64,000 bases of DNA, from the NCBI GenBank assembly GCA_963707655.1, contig OY970172.1:128001-192000 (forward strand), given 5' to 3'. The first letter of the stretch is position 1; each line of letters starts with the position of its first letter. The DNA is from an uncultured bacterium. GTDB taxonomy: Bacteria > Babelota > Babeliae > Babelales > Vermiphilaceae. The notes beneath the pieces are model-generated. The model did not search any database, was not told where the DNA came from, and was given only the letters and a program-made list of their open reading frames with translations. The translations under genes and the position numbers were made by a program. This document shows, one piece after another, positions 43,696 through 54,254 of the stretch.

Positions 43696-43813
43696 ATGAA
43701 AGTAAGAACATCGGTAAAAAAGATTTGTAAAGATTGTCGTATTATTAAACGTGATCGGTGTTGTTCGCGTTATTTGTAAAAGAAATCCGCGTCATAAACA
43801 GCGTCAAGGTTAA
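43696..43813 (+). CDS. rpmJ: 50S ribosomal protein L36 (one indel; absent from the ORF track)
   Basis: Manual: MKVRTSVKKICKDCRIIKRD/GVVRVICKRNPRHKQRQG*. Confidence 0.92.
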
Positions 43814-43837
43814 TGATTTATATTCAATAAGGAATTG

Positions 43838-44228
43838 ATGGCAAGAATAGAAGGTGTAAATTTACCTCTCAAAAAACGAATAGAATATGCTCTGCCTTAT
43901 GTGTTTGGTATAGGGCTTAAGGGTTCACGAGATATTTTAAATAAACTTAAAATTAATTTTGATACGCGTGTTAAAGATTTGACTGATGAAGAAATTGCAG
44001 CAATTCAAAAAGAAGTTTCTGCAAATTATGTCACCGAAGGTGAATTGCGTAAAGAAATTACGTTTGAATATTAAGCGACTTCAAGAAATTGGCTCCTACC
44101 GTGGATCCCGTCATAAAAAAGGATTGCCAGTACGTGGTCAACGTACAAAAACCAATGCGCGTACAAGAAAAGGTCCACGTAAAGCAGGCAGCGCAGTTGC
44201 GTTAAAGCGTAAAGTAACTAAGAAATAA
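43838..44228 (+). CDS. rpsM: 30S ribosomal protein S13 (indel near 44065)
   Basis: [42 protein letters not shown]. Confidence 0.95.
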
Positions 44229-44264
44229 CTTTAAAAACATTGCTAATTGAATACAAAGGACAGG

Positions 44265-44647
44265 ATGGCATATAAAAAGAAACCAAAAAAACAAAACGAC
44301 AAGTAGATTCTGTTATTGCGCATGTTAAATCTACCTTTAATAATACGCTTGTTTCTATAACCACCATGGAAGGTGATGTCTTATTGCGTGGAAGTGCAGG
44401 ACAACTTGGTTTTAAGGGTTCACGTAAAGGAACACCTTTTGCTGCATCACAAATTGGTTCAAACCTTGCAAAAGAAATGCATGTGTTGGGTGTGAAAAAT
44501 ATTGAAGTTAATCTTCAAGGGCCAGGATCTGGAAGAGATTCTGTTGTGCGTGCATTGCAAGCTTCAGGTCTGAATGTTTCCATGTTACGAGACGTTACAC
44601 CATTGCCTCATAATGGTTGTCGTCCTCCTAAGAAACGTCGTGTTTAA
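44265..44647 (+). CDS. rpsK: 30S ribosomal protein S11 (indel near the 5' end)
   Basis: STFNNT (manual), GFKGSRKGTPFAA, DVTPLPHNGCRPPKKRRV. Confidence 0.95.
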
Positions 44648-44697
44648 TAAGTGTAATGCTATCTTAACTAGGTATTCAAACAATGGATAAGGTTATT

Positions 44698-45265
44698 ATG
44701 GAAAGCAGATCTCCAAAAGGTATCGACAAAATACCGAACAAACATCGGCTGCGTCAGCAAAACGCCAGCGCAAAGTATCTGAGTATGGAAGCAGCTTGAA
44801 GAAAAACAAAAAGTTAAAGAAATGTACGGCATGCGTGAAAGACAATTCAAACGTTTCTTTGCTATAGCTGCACGTAAACGTGAAGGCGTACTGGTGAAAG
44901 CTTATTGAGCTTGCTTGAACGTCGTCTTAGATAATGTTGTTTATCGTTTAAAACTGGCAACAACTCGTACTCAAGCGCGTCAAATCATTGTTCATGGCAT
45001 ATTCTTGTGAATGGTCAAAAAGTATACTTCTCCTTCATATTTGGTTGAAGTGAATGATGAAATTTCGTTAGCTCCTAATGTACTTAAAAAACAATGTTTT
45101 TAGAGCAAGTTGTTGACAAAAGACTTAATATTGGTGTTAAAGTTCCTGAATGGTTGGAATTAGATAAGAAAGAACGTGAAGGACAAAGTTTTGCGCTATC
45201 CGGTTCGTTCTGATATTCAAGTGCCAATTGAAGAACATTTAATTGTTGAATTGTATTCTAAATAA
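44698..45265 (+). CDS. rpsD: 30S ribosomal protein S4 (multiple indels; absent from the ORF track)
   Basis: Manual: SEYG.QLEEKQKVKEMYGMRERQF, LLERR/DNVVYRL, TRTQARQIIVHG, EHLIVELYSK*. Confidence 0.88.
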
Positions 45266-45322
45266 TAATGAGCTGTCTGATTAATAATTATAGAATGATG
45301 AATCTGTTTCCAGGGAGGTTGA

Positions 45323-46371
45323 ATGAATAAAAAAGAGTATCAGTCCCTTAACTATTCCTACAATTAAGTTGGAATAAAAAAGTCTTAACTGAAACGTATG
45401 GTGAGCTAGTTGCCCAACCATTGAACCAGGTTTGGTATAACACTTGGCAATGCTTTACGACGTGTTTTGCTTGGTGGAGTTGAAGGGTCTGCGGTAACAT
45501 CGGTAATTATTAAGGGTGTTAATAATGAGTTTTCAACACTCCCTGGTGTTGTTGAAGATGCGATGCAAGTATTCTTAATATTAAAGGTATTGTTATACGT
45601 AATAAAGATGGCAAGCCGGGCAAAATGCGCTTAAAAGTCAAAGGGGAATCCGCTGCAACTGTTGCAGATATTGAAGCAGATGAGCATCTAGAGTTGGTTA
45701 ATAAAGATCATATTATTGCTCATGTTGCAGCTGATGGCGAACTTGATATTGAGTTCTTTGTTGAAACTGGACGTGGTTATCAACCAGCTCAATGGCCAGT
45801 GGGTAAATCATTGCAAGAAGATGATCGTATTTATCTTGATGCGATGTTTTCTCCTATCTCAAAGTTATGTTTGATGTGGAAAAAACTCGTGTTGGTAAAG
45901 ATATTGATTACGATAAATTGATATTGACGAATTCATACTGATGGTTCGGAAAATCCTGTTGATGTTTTACATTATGCAGTTTCTGTATTGCGTACCCAAC
46001 TAGAACATTTCTTGCTCAGTGCAGAAATTCCGTTTAATGAAATTTCTAAGACACCTGAAGAAGATAAAGAAAAAGAACCAGTTGAACTTGATCAATACGG
46101 TCTAAAAGGTATTTCCGTTGAACTTCTTTTAAAACCAATTGATGAGCTTGAACTTTCGGTTCGCGCTCATAATTGTTTAATCAATGCGGGTATTAAACGT
46201 GTTATTGATTTGGTTAACATGAGCGAAGATGATGGACTAAAAATTAAAAATTTTGGTCGTAAGTCATTGAATGAAGTTAAAGAAGGCATGAAAGCATTTG
46301 GTCTTTCTTTTGGTATGAATATCAAAGAAAGAGATTTGAAAAAACTCATGCTTATCGAAGAAGAAGAATAA
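45323..46371 (+). CDS. rpoA: RNA polymerase alpha subunit (multiple indels)
   Basis: [11 protein letters not shown] (manual), GRGYQPA, LDAMFSP; alpha-[15 protein letters not shown] and [10 protein letters not shown]. Confidence 0.93.
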
Positions 46372-46395
46372 CATTAAGATAAAAGGTTTACAGCC

Positions 46396-46752
46396 ATGAT
46401 ACATCAAAGTGGTAAAAGAAAATTAAATGTTAAGCCGTCTCATAGAAAATCATTGATGCGAAATCAAGTGATTCATCTGATTACTTATGGCCATTTGGTT
46501 ACAACTAAAGCCCGAGTTAAAGAAGTGCAACGTTTTGCTGAAAAATTGGTAACGGTTGCGCGTGAAGGCAATACATTTAATGCGCGTCGTCGTGCAAAAG
46601 CATTGTTGCCTTATAAAGAAGAGGCGTTAGTAAAATTGTTTAATGAGATTGCTGTTAAATATACTCAGCGTCCTGGCGGTTACACACGTGTTATTTCACT
46701 TGGCCGTCGTCCAAGCGATACCGCGTATGTTGCTAAATTGGAATGGGTATAA
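46396..46752 (+). CDS. rplQ: 50S ribosomal protein L17
   Basis: SHRKSLMRN, TTKARVKE, RPGGYTR. Confidence 0.95.
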   Translation: MIHQSGKRKLNVKPSHRKSLMRNQVIHLITYGHLVTTKARVKEVQRFAEKLVTVAREGNTFNARRRAKALLPYKEEALVKLFNEIAVKYTQRPGGYTRVISLGRRPSDTAYVAKLEWV

Positions 46753-46761
46753 TAAGGCTCT

Positions 46762-47001
46762 ATGGAATTAAATTCTACCATAGCAGTTATTGAAGAAGTC
46801 CTTGCACAGCTTCGCCCCGTTATTCAGGGCGACGGTGGTGATATCACGTTCGTTAAATACGAAAATGATATTGTATATGTAAAGCTCGCGGGCGCCTGTA
46901 TAGGGTGCCCTGCTTCAATGTACACACTCAAGCTTGGCGTTGAAGAAGCATTGCGAGATAAGTTGCCAAATTTATCTGAAGTGATTGCGCTTGAAGAATA
47001 A
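46762..47001 (+). CDS. NifU/NfuA-like Fe-S cluster carrier
   Basis: RPVIQGDGGDI...GACIGCPAS..TLK.GVE. Confidence 0.9.
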   Translation: MELNSTIAVIEEVLAQLRPVIQGDGGDITFVKYENDIVYVKLAGACIGCPASMYTLKLGVEEALRDKLPNLSEVIALEE

Positions 47002-47056
47002 TTGTCGGCGGCGCATAGCTTAAGCACACTATTTTGATTGTTACCCAAGAATATAT

Positions 47057-47087
47057 AAAAAAGCTCTTTTTAAAAAAGAGCTTTTTT
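47057..47087 (+). terminator. Terminator of the ribosomal supercluster
   Basis: AAAAAAGCTCTTTTT-A-AAAAAGAGCTTTTTT inverted repeat. Confidence 0.6.
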
Positions 47088-47241
47088 CATGTCTTAATTA
47101 AAAAAGGTATCCCCCTTTTTCCCTCTGCCGATGATTCACATAGGTAATTTTATAGATTTAAAATACTTAAATATATTATAATTGTATTATAAATAAAATG
47201 TTACAATGAACTAATTGTTTTCAAAATAAGGAGTTTTTAAA

Positions 47242-47784
47242 ATGAAGAAACAAATTTTGGCTATGGCTCTGCTTGCCGTATTGGGTTTTGCCCAAACGGC
47301 AGATGCTTTTTGTTGGTACAACAAATCGCAAAAAGCGCCGGAAGTTACCGTGTGGGGTTTTTATTCTATTGACCAAGCAAATACCTTTAAAAAAGCGCAA
47401 GGCATTATAACAACGGTTGCCGACAAGGCTTCCGGATTAGCCGACTCAAACAAAGAGAGCACTGCTGGTCAAGTGGCGACACAAGCTATACCTATACTCA
47501 ACAAAGTTGTTGATGCCATTGCTACTGCAATAGCCGTTAAATTTAAAGCAACACTCACTGCAGAATCTAAATCTTGCTGGAACTTTAACGACATACTTAA
47601 GGATGCAAAGAAGCAGCTTAAGGGCGCTAATGGTCAGGAAACTATGTATTTTATGATATGGCAAAGTGGTAACGAAGGTACTGCCAAAGTTATTTGGGAA
47701 GGTGCATGTAATATTCGTAATGGTTTAACGTTACGAGATGGTAATCCGGGTGAGCCTGAGTTTGTTGTAGATGGACAATTCTAA
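47242..47784 (+). CDS. Secreted hypothetical protein
   Basis: TAAGGAG RBS; signal peptide ending ADA; no recognised domain. Confidence 0.7.
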   Translation: MKKQILAMALLAVLGFAQTADAFCWYNKSQKAPEVTVWGFYSIDQANTFKKAQGIITTVADKASGLADSNKESTAGQVATQAIPILNKVVDAIATAIAVKFKATLTAESKSCWNFNDILKDAKKQLKGANGQETMYFMIWQSGNEGTAKVIWEGACNIRNGLTLRDGNPGEPEFVVDGQF

Positions 47785-47812
47785 GCTCTGCAATTAAAAG
47801 ACAATAGACGAC

Positions 47813-47850
47813 TAGAGCCGAGGAGATTATTCTTCCCGGCTCTATTTTTT
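47813..47850. terminator. Terminator between convergent genes
   Basis: TAGAGCCG...CGGCTCTA followed by a T-tract. Confidence 0.55.
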
Positions 47851-50571
47851 TATTCTTGTTCTAAAACTTTTACTGTGCTTCCCTGCGACCCTTTTTCTAT
47901 AATAAAATGCACGGGGAATTGCTCTTTCATGCTCGGTAAGTGGGAAACGATAATAATTCGTTGAAAATCTTCTTGGATTTTATAAATGGCTTCCATAATA
48001 TGGGCGAGCCCCTCTTCATCTTGCGACCCAAATCCTTCATCGATCAATAAGTGTTTGTAGAGCCGTACCTGCGCGTCGTGCAAGTAGTTTGGAAATAGCA
48101 ATGCGTAGAGCAAAATCGATGCGAAATGCTTCTCCGCCGGAAAATAATTCATAGGGACGAATACCAATAGCATCTGATATTTTTATATCTAATGTTTCTT
48201 TGGTTCCTCCTTTTTTTAAATCGCGTAATGACTCAATTGAGAGATGTGCCTGGTTATCGGTTAACTTGGCAAGTAAACTATTTGCTTCCTGTTCAATTTC
48301 AGGAATGGCATCTTCGATTAAAAGAGCTTGAATGCCATCTTTACCAGCAGTTTGAGCAATAATGGTGTAATCGTCGATAGTTTGCGAAAGTTCATGCACC
48401 ATTTTTTGCTGATTTTTATATTCCGACTCAAGGCTGAGGAGCTTAGTTTTTTGTGCTTCCAAATTGCCTTTTTGCTCCAAACACTGATTTTTCTCTTGCC
48501 GTAACTGTTGTGTCGATGCGTTATATAAGCTCATTTTTTGCTGCAAGATTTTAATTGAATTTTCAAGATGCGCATACCGTTGCTCCTCTTGGAGCAGCCC
48601 CATTTTCTCTTTACGCATTTCTTTAACGGCCCCACATGTTTTACTTATTTCAAGCAGGCGTTGTCTTTGCAGATGAAGTTGTTCTTCAAGATGTTTGCAT
48701 TCGCTTAATTGAATTTCTATTGTTTGTATAGCGTTATGGATCGTCTGTTGCTCTTGCATCTGTAAGACGAAATCCTTTGTTTGAAGCTCTTGTTCATGAA
48801 ATTGCTGATAGATGGTCGCGTATTCACTATTGGTGCGCATGCTATTTTCATTAAAAGTTGTTATCTCTTTGAGCCCATTTTCTTCATTTGCAATGGCGAA
48901 AGACATTTTTTTATTCTGGTTGACTAGAGTCGTTATCTCTTCTTTGTTATCGTTTGTTTTCTTTGTCAGATTGAGCTGTTGCTTTTCAATTTCATGGATC
49001 GTTGCTTGTAGTGCCGCATGCCTATTTTCTGTTTGCTTGTGCGTTTCCAGCCATGTATGATCGTGCAAAAGGAGCTCTTTGAGAGTGCTGATAAGACGAC
49101 TTAATCGTCCTATGCGATAGGTTAAAAAGTTTTTTTGCTCAGAGAATTTATTTTTCAAAAATTTTTTGCGTGAAGCTGAAAGGTTTTGCTCGCACAATGG
49201 GCAGCTGGGATCATTGTCATCATGGACGAGTAGTTGTTTTTTTTCAAGAGCGGTCAGCTCATTTTTTGAACCGTTTCCCTGAGCGATAAAGCGATGATAA
49301 TACTCTTTTCTTCTTTCAAATTGTTTTTCAACTGTTTCTTTGTGCTTAAGGGCCATCGCAGTTGTCCCGAGCTCACTCGCCAGAGCTTTGTGTTTGTCGG
49401 CCAGCTGCTTTGTCTCTCGGGCAATAGCTATCTCTGCTTCTTGTGCGCGCATAAGCGATTGTGTAGCGGTTTGTTGTTCGTATTTCATTGTGTTGATCAA
49501 GAGTTGTTTTTGTTGCACCTTATGAGCGTGCTCTATGCGTAATGTTTGTTCAATCGCCGCAAGCTTTGCTTTGTTCAGCAGATACTCTTCTTTAATAACA
49601 AGGAGCTTCTGTATGGTATTTTGTTGCTCCTGTAGCTGAAGGGTAAGCTTATTTTTTTGTTTTTCAAGGGACTGATAATCGGATGAATTTTTCTGTTGCC
49701 TGCGTATGGATCGCCATTGATCTTTAATAGTGCGTATATGCGTGATGAGTTCATTTTCATCTTTGCCAAGTTGTTGTTGCTTCAGGCGCAATAATTCATA
49801 GCTGTTTTGATCTTGCATGAGTTGTAGATATTGTTTTTCTCCTGTGCTGTGCTCGAGAGCGATATCTTTTTCTTTCTGATCAATGGCAGCTATTTTTTCA
49901 TTAATCTGAGCAATATCTATGCAAATCATCCCTAAAGAATTGAGTTCTTGCTCATATTTCTGTTGAAAGGTAAGGAGCGTTGCCTTCTCGGTAGAAGCAC
50001 TTTTTATTTTTTCAGTAGCAAGTTTGCGTATTGATTCATAATGGTTGAGCCCCAAGATTGAGGCAATAATATCTTTGCGTTCCTTGGGAGATTTTTTTGA
50101 AAATTCGTTTGATTGTCCCTGCCGCAAGAATGCCGAGTTGATAAAGGTATCAAAATCGAGATGCAAGGTTTTTTCAATTTTGTCCTGTGTGGCCCTGATC
50201 GTTTTATCGGTGAGCGGAATTAACGTTTCCGTCTCTTGCTGTATAAGGCCAAATTCAAGAACCGCATAAGGTTTGCCAAAGTTGTGAGAATATTCTCGGC
50301 GAATGCGGTAGCAAATGTTGTTGCACGAAAAATCGATAATTACCATCATGCTACTCTGACCCAAATGGAGCAAACCCTGGTCCGCTTTAGAAGTGTTTCC
50401 TATCTTGCGTGCTTGGCCCCAAATTGCCCAGGTAATTGCATCGAGCAATGCAGATTTGCCATGCCCGTTTTTTCCGGAGAAGCAAATCAGCGGATAATGT
50501 GAAAAATCAATCGTTTGAATTTCAGCGCCATAGCTTAAAAAATTTTTGATCTGCAGTTTTAAAGGGATCAT
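47850..50571 (-). CDS. sbcC: SbcC/Rad50-like SMC ATPase (one indel in Walker B near 48045)
   Basis: GKNGHGKS, Q-loop LRQGQ, zinc hook CPLC, FSGGE. IDEGFG and VSH lie in the overlapping ORF 47850..48173. Confidence 0.88.
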
Positions 50572-50751
50572 GAATCAAGACTCCAATTATAAAAAATTCC
50601 GTTACCCAGTCTATCACGCCGGCTAGCGAGTTACTAATGAAAATGGGGTTTTGTGATCTATGATTTTTTTGATCGATGTTTTTTTATTCTCATGATACGT
50701 TTATTTTTATGAGCTATTCATTTTTTAGAGAAAGAATAAGGAGGGTTGATC

Positions 50752-52158
50752 ATGCAAGATGTAGTATTTAGAGAATATGACATACGAGGCAAAATCGGCC
50801 AAGAGCTGATCATAGATGAAATGTATGATCTTGCCAGAGCCATAGCCTATTATTTTGTGAGCAAAAATCCCGCGGTGCAAACCATTGCTCTTGGCATGGA
50901 CGGCCGATTGCATTCTGCAGCGATTAAACAAGAGGTGTGCGCGGCATTCAAAGATAGCGGTATTGATGTAGTTTTTATTGGCATTTGTCCATCACCCGTG
51001 CTCTATTTCGCCTTACACACATTACCCGTTGATGCGGGCATTATGATTACGGCGTCCCACAATCCAAAAGAATATAATGGGTTGAAGCTGTGCTTGGGCA
51101 CCACATCATTGTGGGGTGCGCAGGTTAAAGAAATTGCTTCATTATTCAAACAAAAGAAGCACCTTGGTCCCCGCGAAGAGGGAAAGTATCAGGAAAATTT
51201 TTTAATCGATGCCTATATTGAATGGCTGGCAAACCATTTTTCTTCTTTAATAGGTGCCACTTTTTCTGCTGTCATCGATTGTGGTAACGGAGCGGGAGCA
51301 GCGGTTATTCCGGCTCTTATACAACGCATGAATTGGCCACATGTCAGCTCTTTATGTGATACTATTGACGGTTCCTATCCCAATCATGAAGCGGACCCGG
51401 TTGTTGCTGAAAACATGCATGAAGTTAAACATGCCCTTGCAACCAGTTCTATCGCCGTGGGAATCGGCCTTGATGGGGATGCCGATCGTATGGCCCCCAT
51501 GAGCAAGAGCGGCTACTTGGTTCCCGGCGATGAATTACTGGCTCTCTTTGCCAAATCTATTCTCGCCAAATCTCCCCATACAGCCATTATCTGCGACATT
51601 AAAAGTTCAGTAGGGTTATTGCATACCATTGAAAAAGCTGGCGGGCGCGCCTATATGGTGCCTGCCGGACACGCTATTATTAAAGAGCATATGCACAAAA
51701 AAGATGCTTTGCTTGGCGGTGAATTGAGTTGCCATTTTATTTTTAGAGATCGCTACTTTGGCTATGATGACGGCATCTATGCAATGTTGCGGCTTTTTGA
51801 ATTATTGGGCCAATCGGGCAAAACGTTGGATGAGCTTTTAATTGATTATCCTCATTTGTACAGCTCGCCAGAATTTCGCCTACCATGTGATGAAGATAAA
51901 AAAGAGAAAGTGATTGAGCGTGTAAAGAGCTATTTTGCAGAAAAACCGGGCGTTTCTTTGCTGCTCGTTGACGGTGTGCGCGCAAATTTTGAAGGTTGTT
52001 GGGGATTAATTCGTGCATCAAATACGCAACCTATGGTATCAATACGCTTTGAAGCAACTACGGCGCAAGGCTTTGAAGAGATGAAACAAGACTTTATTTT
52101 TGTGTTACATGAATATCTTGACGTAACGAGCTTGCGCACGCATCGGATGCATGCATGA
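50752..52158 (+). CDS. Phosphomannomutase/phosphoglucomutase
   Basis: FREYDIRG, TASHNP, DGDADR, GELSCH, RASNTQP. Confidence 0.92.
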   Translation: MQDVVFREYDIRGKIGQELIIDEMYDLARAIAYYFVSKNPAVQTIALGMDGRLHSAAIKQEVCAAFKDSGIDVVFIGICPSPVLYFALHTLPVDAGIMITASHNPKEYNGLKLCLGTTSLWGAQVKEIASLFKQKKHLGPREEGKYQENFLIDAYIEWLANHFSSLIGATFSAVIDCGNGAGAAVIPALIQRMNWPHVSSLCDTIDGSYPNHEADPVVAENMHEVKHALATSSIAVGIGLDGDADRMAPMSKSGYLVPGDELLALFAKSILAKSPHTAIICDIKSSVGLLHTIEKAGGRAYMVPAGHAIIKEHMHKKDALLGGELSCHFIFRDRYFGYDDGIYAMLRLFELLGQSGKTLDELLIDYPHLYSSPEFRLPCDEDKKEKVIERVKSYFAEKPGVSLLLVDGVRANFEGCWGLIRASNTQPMVSIRFEATTAQGFEEMKQDFIFVLHEYLDVTSLRTHRMHA

Positions 52159-52976
52159 GACACATAGGATTACATCTGCGTTTACAGAGTACTATGCATG
52201 ATCTTTATAACAGAGCGCATGCATTGCATCTTTCGACTTTTCAATGTTTTTTTATTTTTCAAGCGACAGGAAAATTAATCAAATTATCGGCTGCTGACAG
52301 TGCGGCCTGTCGTGGGATGAATTCTTTGTTTGCCATGCGTATACTCCATGGCTCGTATTGGATAAATCTTGCCAACTCCCAAACGCGGCATAGAGCCCTT
52401 GAACGAGAACTTTCTTTGGCAAAAAAGCTTGATTTTACGCATATTGTTCTTCATCCCGGTTCTGCTCGCGGGTCAGAGAGCCGTGAGCAGAGTATTGATT
52501 TTCTTGCCCGCACCGTAAACATGTTGCTGAAAAATGAGCATGATATTCAGCTTGTGCTTGAAAATACGGCGCATGGGGGAATGTCTATAGGGGGAGATTT
52601 GCACGATTTTTACCTCTTGAAACAGAGGCTAGAGCAGCCTGAAAAACTGAAATTCTGCATCGATACGGCTCATGCCTTTTCTTACGGATATGATATTCGT
52701 GATGCGAGTGGACAAGATGCCTTTATTGCTACATTAGAAAAAACCATTGGCATTAACTCTATTGTACTCATTCATATGAATGATACCCATGACACATTGG
52801 GATCAAAGCTTGATAGACACGCCATGCCGGGCGCAGGGCACATTGGGCTTGAGCCATTAAAACGCTTTGTTATGAATCCATTATTAATCAATATTCCCCT
52901 GATTATGGAGATCCCGCAGGTAAGTCAGGATGAAGAGTGGAAGATTGTTGAATTGGTAAAAAGCTGGCACGAGTAA
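52155..52976 (+). CDS. nfo: Endonuclease IV
   Basis: HGSYWINLA, HPGS, LENTA, CIDTAH, HMND, DRH. Confidence 0.9.
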   Translation: MRHIGLHLRLQSTMHDLYNRAHALHLSTFQCFFIFQATGKLIKLSAADSAACRGMNSLFAMRILHGSYWINLANSQTRHRALERELSLAKKLDFTHIVLHPGSARGSESREQSIDFLARTVNMLLKNEHDIQLVLENTAHGGMSIGGDLHDFYLLKQRLEQPEKLKFCIDTAHAFSYGYDIRDASGQDAFIATLEKTIGINSIVLIHMNDTHDTLGSKLDRHAMPGAGHIGLEPLKRFVMNPLLINIPLIMEIPQVSQDEEWKIVELVKSWHE

Positions 52977-53005
52977 TTTTTTGTGTAACTCATGCCAGCA
53001 ATAAT

Positions 53006-53461
53006 TTAGTTTGAGAGATCTGCGTAATCGTACAGTAACTCTTTTATCATAATCGCATTCTCATGCGAGCGTGAACGATTAATAGTATCACAAGCAATAA
53101 GTCCTATCGTGCTAATTATGAGGCCCACGAATGATAGGTGCATATAATAATATTCTTCCAATACTGCGAAGCTTGCTGCTCCGGTTGAACATGCTAATGT
53201 GGTAAGCGCCCAGTAATCCATAGCCTTTAAGCTTACACTCGGTGTTTCGCCGGGTTTAGAATTTAATTGATCGCGCCGCGTTCTGATTATCTGTTCAGCA
53301 ATATCAAGATATTTAATTAGCTGCTTGTCTGTTGGTCTACTTTCAGCCAATAACATGCGTACTTTGTGCATATCACTTTTTCTGATTGCATCGGATATTT
53401 GATCTGCAGGGCTGAAGCTTGCAATACATAGGAATGATGATAGAGATAATTTTTTCATCAT
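53006..53461 (-). CDS. Secreted hypothetical protein with an ankyrin-like helix pair and a bilobed hydrophobic segment
   Basis: Leader, AIRKSDMHKVRMLL, two adjacent TM-like helices. Confidence 0.55.
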   Translation of the reverse strand: MMKKLSLSSFLCIASFSPADQISDAIRKSDMHKVRMLLAESRPTDKQLIKYLDIAEQIIRTRRDQLNSKPGETPSVSLKAMDYWALTTLACSTGAASFAVLEEYYYMHLSFVGLIISTIGLIACDTINRSRSHENAIMIKELLYDYADLSN

Positions 53462-53596
53462 GTAAGTGGTCTCATAGTATAAGGTTTTATTTATAGAAGA
53501 CAGTGTATACGATTATAACTTTTTTGGTGTCATGATAATTTTGCCATTTTTTCATATGAAATACTTATTTTATAAACAAGTTCTGCCGTTGTTTCC

Positions 53597-53902
53597 TTAT
53601 GCTGCATAATCGAGACAATCAGGAAACTCATTGTCTCGAAATGCTTTATACGCTTTAACCACTACAACTTGTATCGCTTTTTTACTTGGTCCTTCAAAGT
53701 ACTTTATTTCACTGTGAAGGTTGTCTAAATCTATTTCAGCAATCGTATCTTTACATTCGGCTGATCGATAAAATTTTAATTTTTTTTGATTATTATCAAT
53801 GCTAATGTAAAAAATTCCCCCTTTTTCAAAATCTTCCGTAACCTTATAATAAAAAATGCTATCTTTCTGAAAATATTGCATTATTTCTATAAGAATTCCC
53901 AC
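53597..53902 (-). CDS. Putative immunity protein
   Basis: GTG at 53902 overlaps the toxin-remnant stop (TAGTG); small cytoplasmic protein, YYKV...FYISID...FY...KAY...N.FP..Y. Confidence 0.5.
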   Translation of the reverse strand: MGILIEIMQYFQKDSIFYYKVTEDFEKGGIFYISIDNNQKKLKFYRSAECKDTIAEIDLDNLHSEIKYFEGPSKKAIQVVVVKAYKAFRDNEFPDCLDYAA

Positions 53903-54254
53903 TACACTCTCCCATCTATAAGTTTTTTCCAATTAAAATATGTATACAATTTTGTGCGCCGTATTATATTCAACCCTAGTTCCTTGCATGATTAAGGCTT
54001 CAGTAAATTCATGTTGTAGCCACATTAAATCTGATTGAACAAAGTCGCCATTTGTTAATCTCTTCCAAGCATCAGTCATATCAAGGTCGCCATCAAACTT
54101 CTTTATTGCATGAGATAAAATATGATCTTCATAAAATACGTGATTTTTAATTCTACTGACAATTTCTTGTGGTATTCCAGTATTCTGGGCAATTCGTGAA
54201 ATATCATCTTGATTTTATTCTAATTTCGGCGAATATATTTTCATCCAGTCGCAT
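53902..54254 (-). pseudogene. Remnant of a polymorphic-toxin-like C-terminal domain (HExxE...AH)
   Basis: Manual translation with two frameshifts: FAEIR/NQDDISRIAQNTGIPQEIVSRIKNHVFYEDH...FDGDLDMTDAWKRLTNGDFVQSDLMWLQHEFTEALIMQGTRVEYNTAHKIV/NWKKLIDGRV*. Confidence 0.55.

Noticed and set aside
27445..46371. Calling the broken ribosomal and translation genes pseudogenes or programmed frameshifts
   Set aside because: The genes are essential and otherwise highly conserved, and the indels are scattered without consistent slippery sites. Sequencing error is far more parsimonious.
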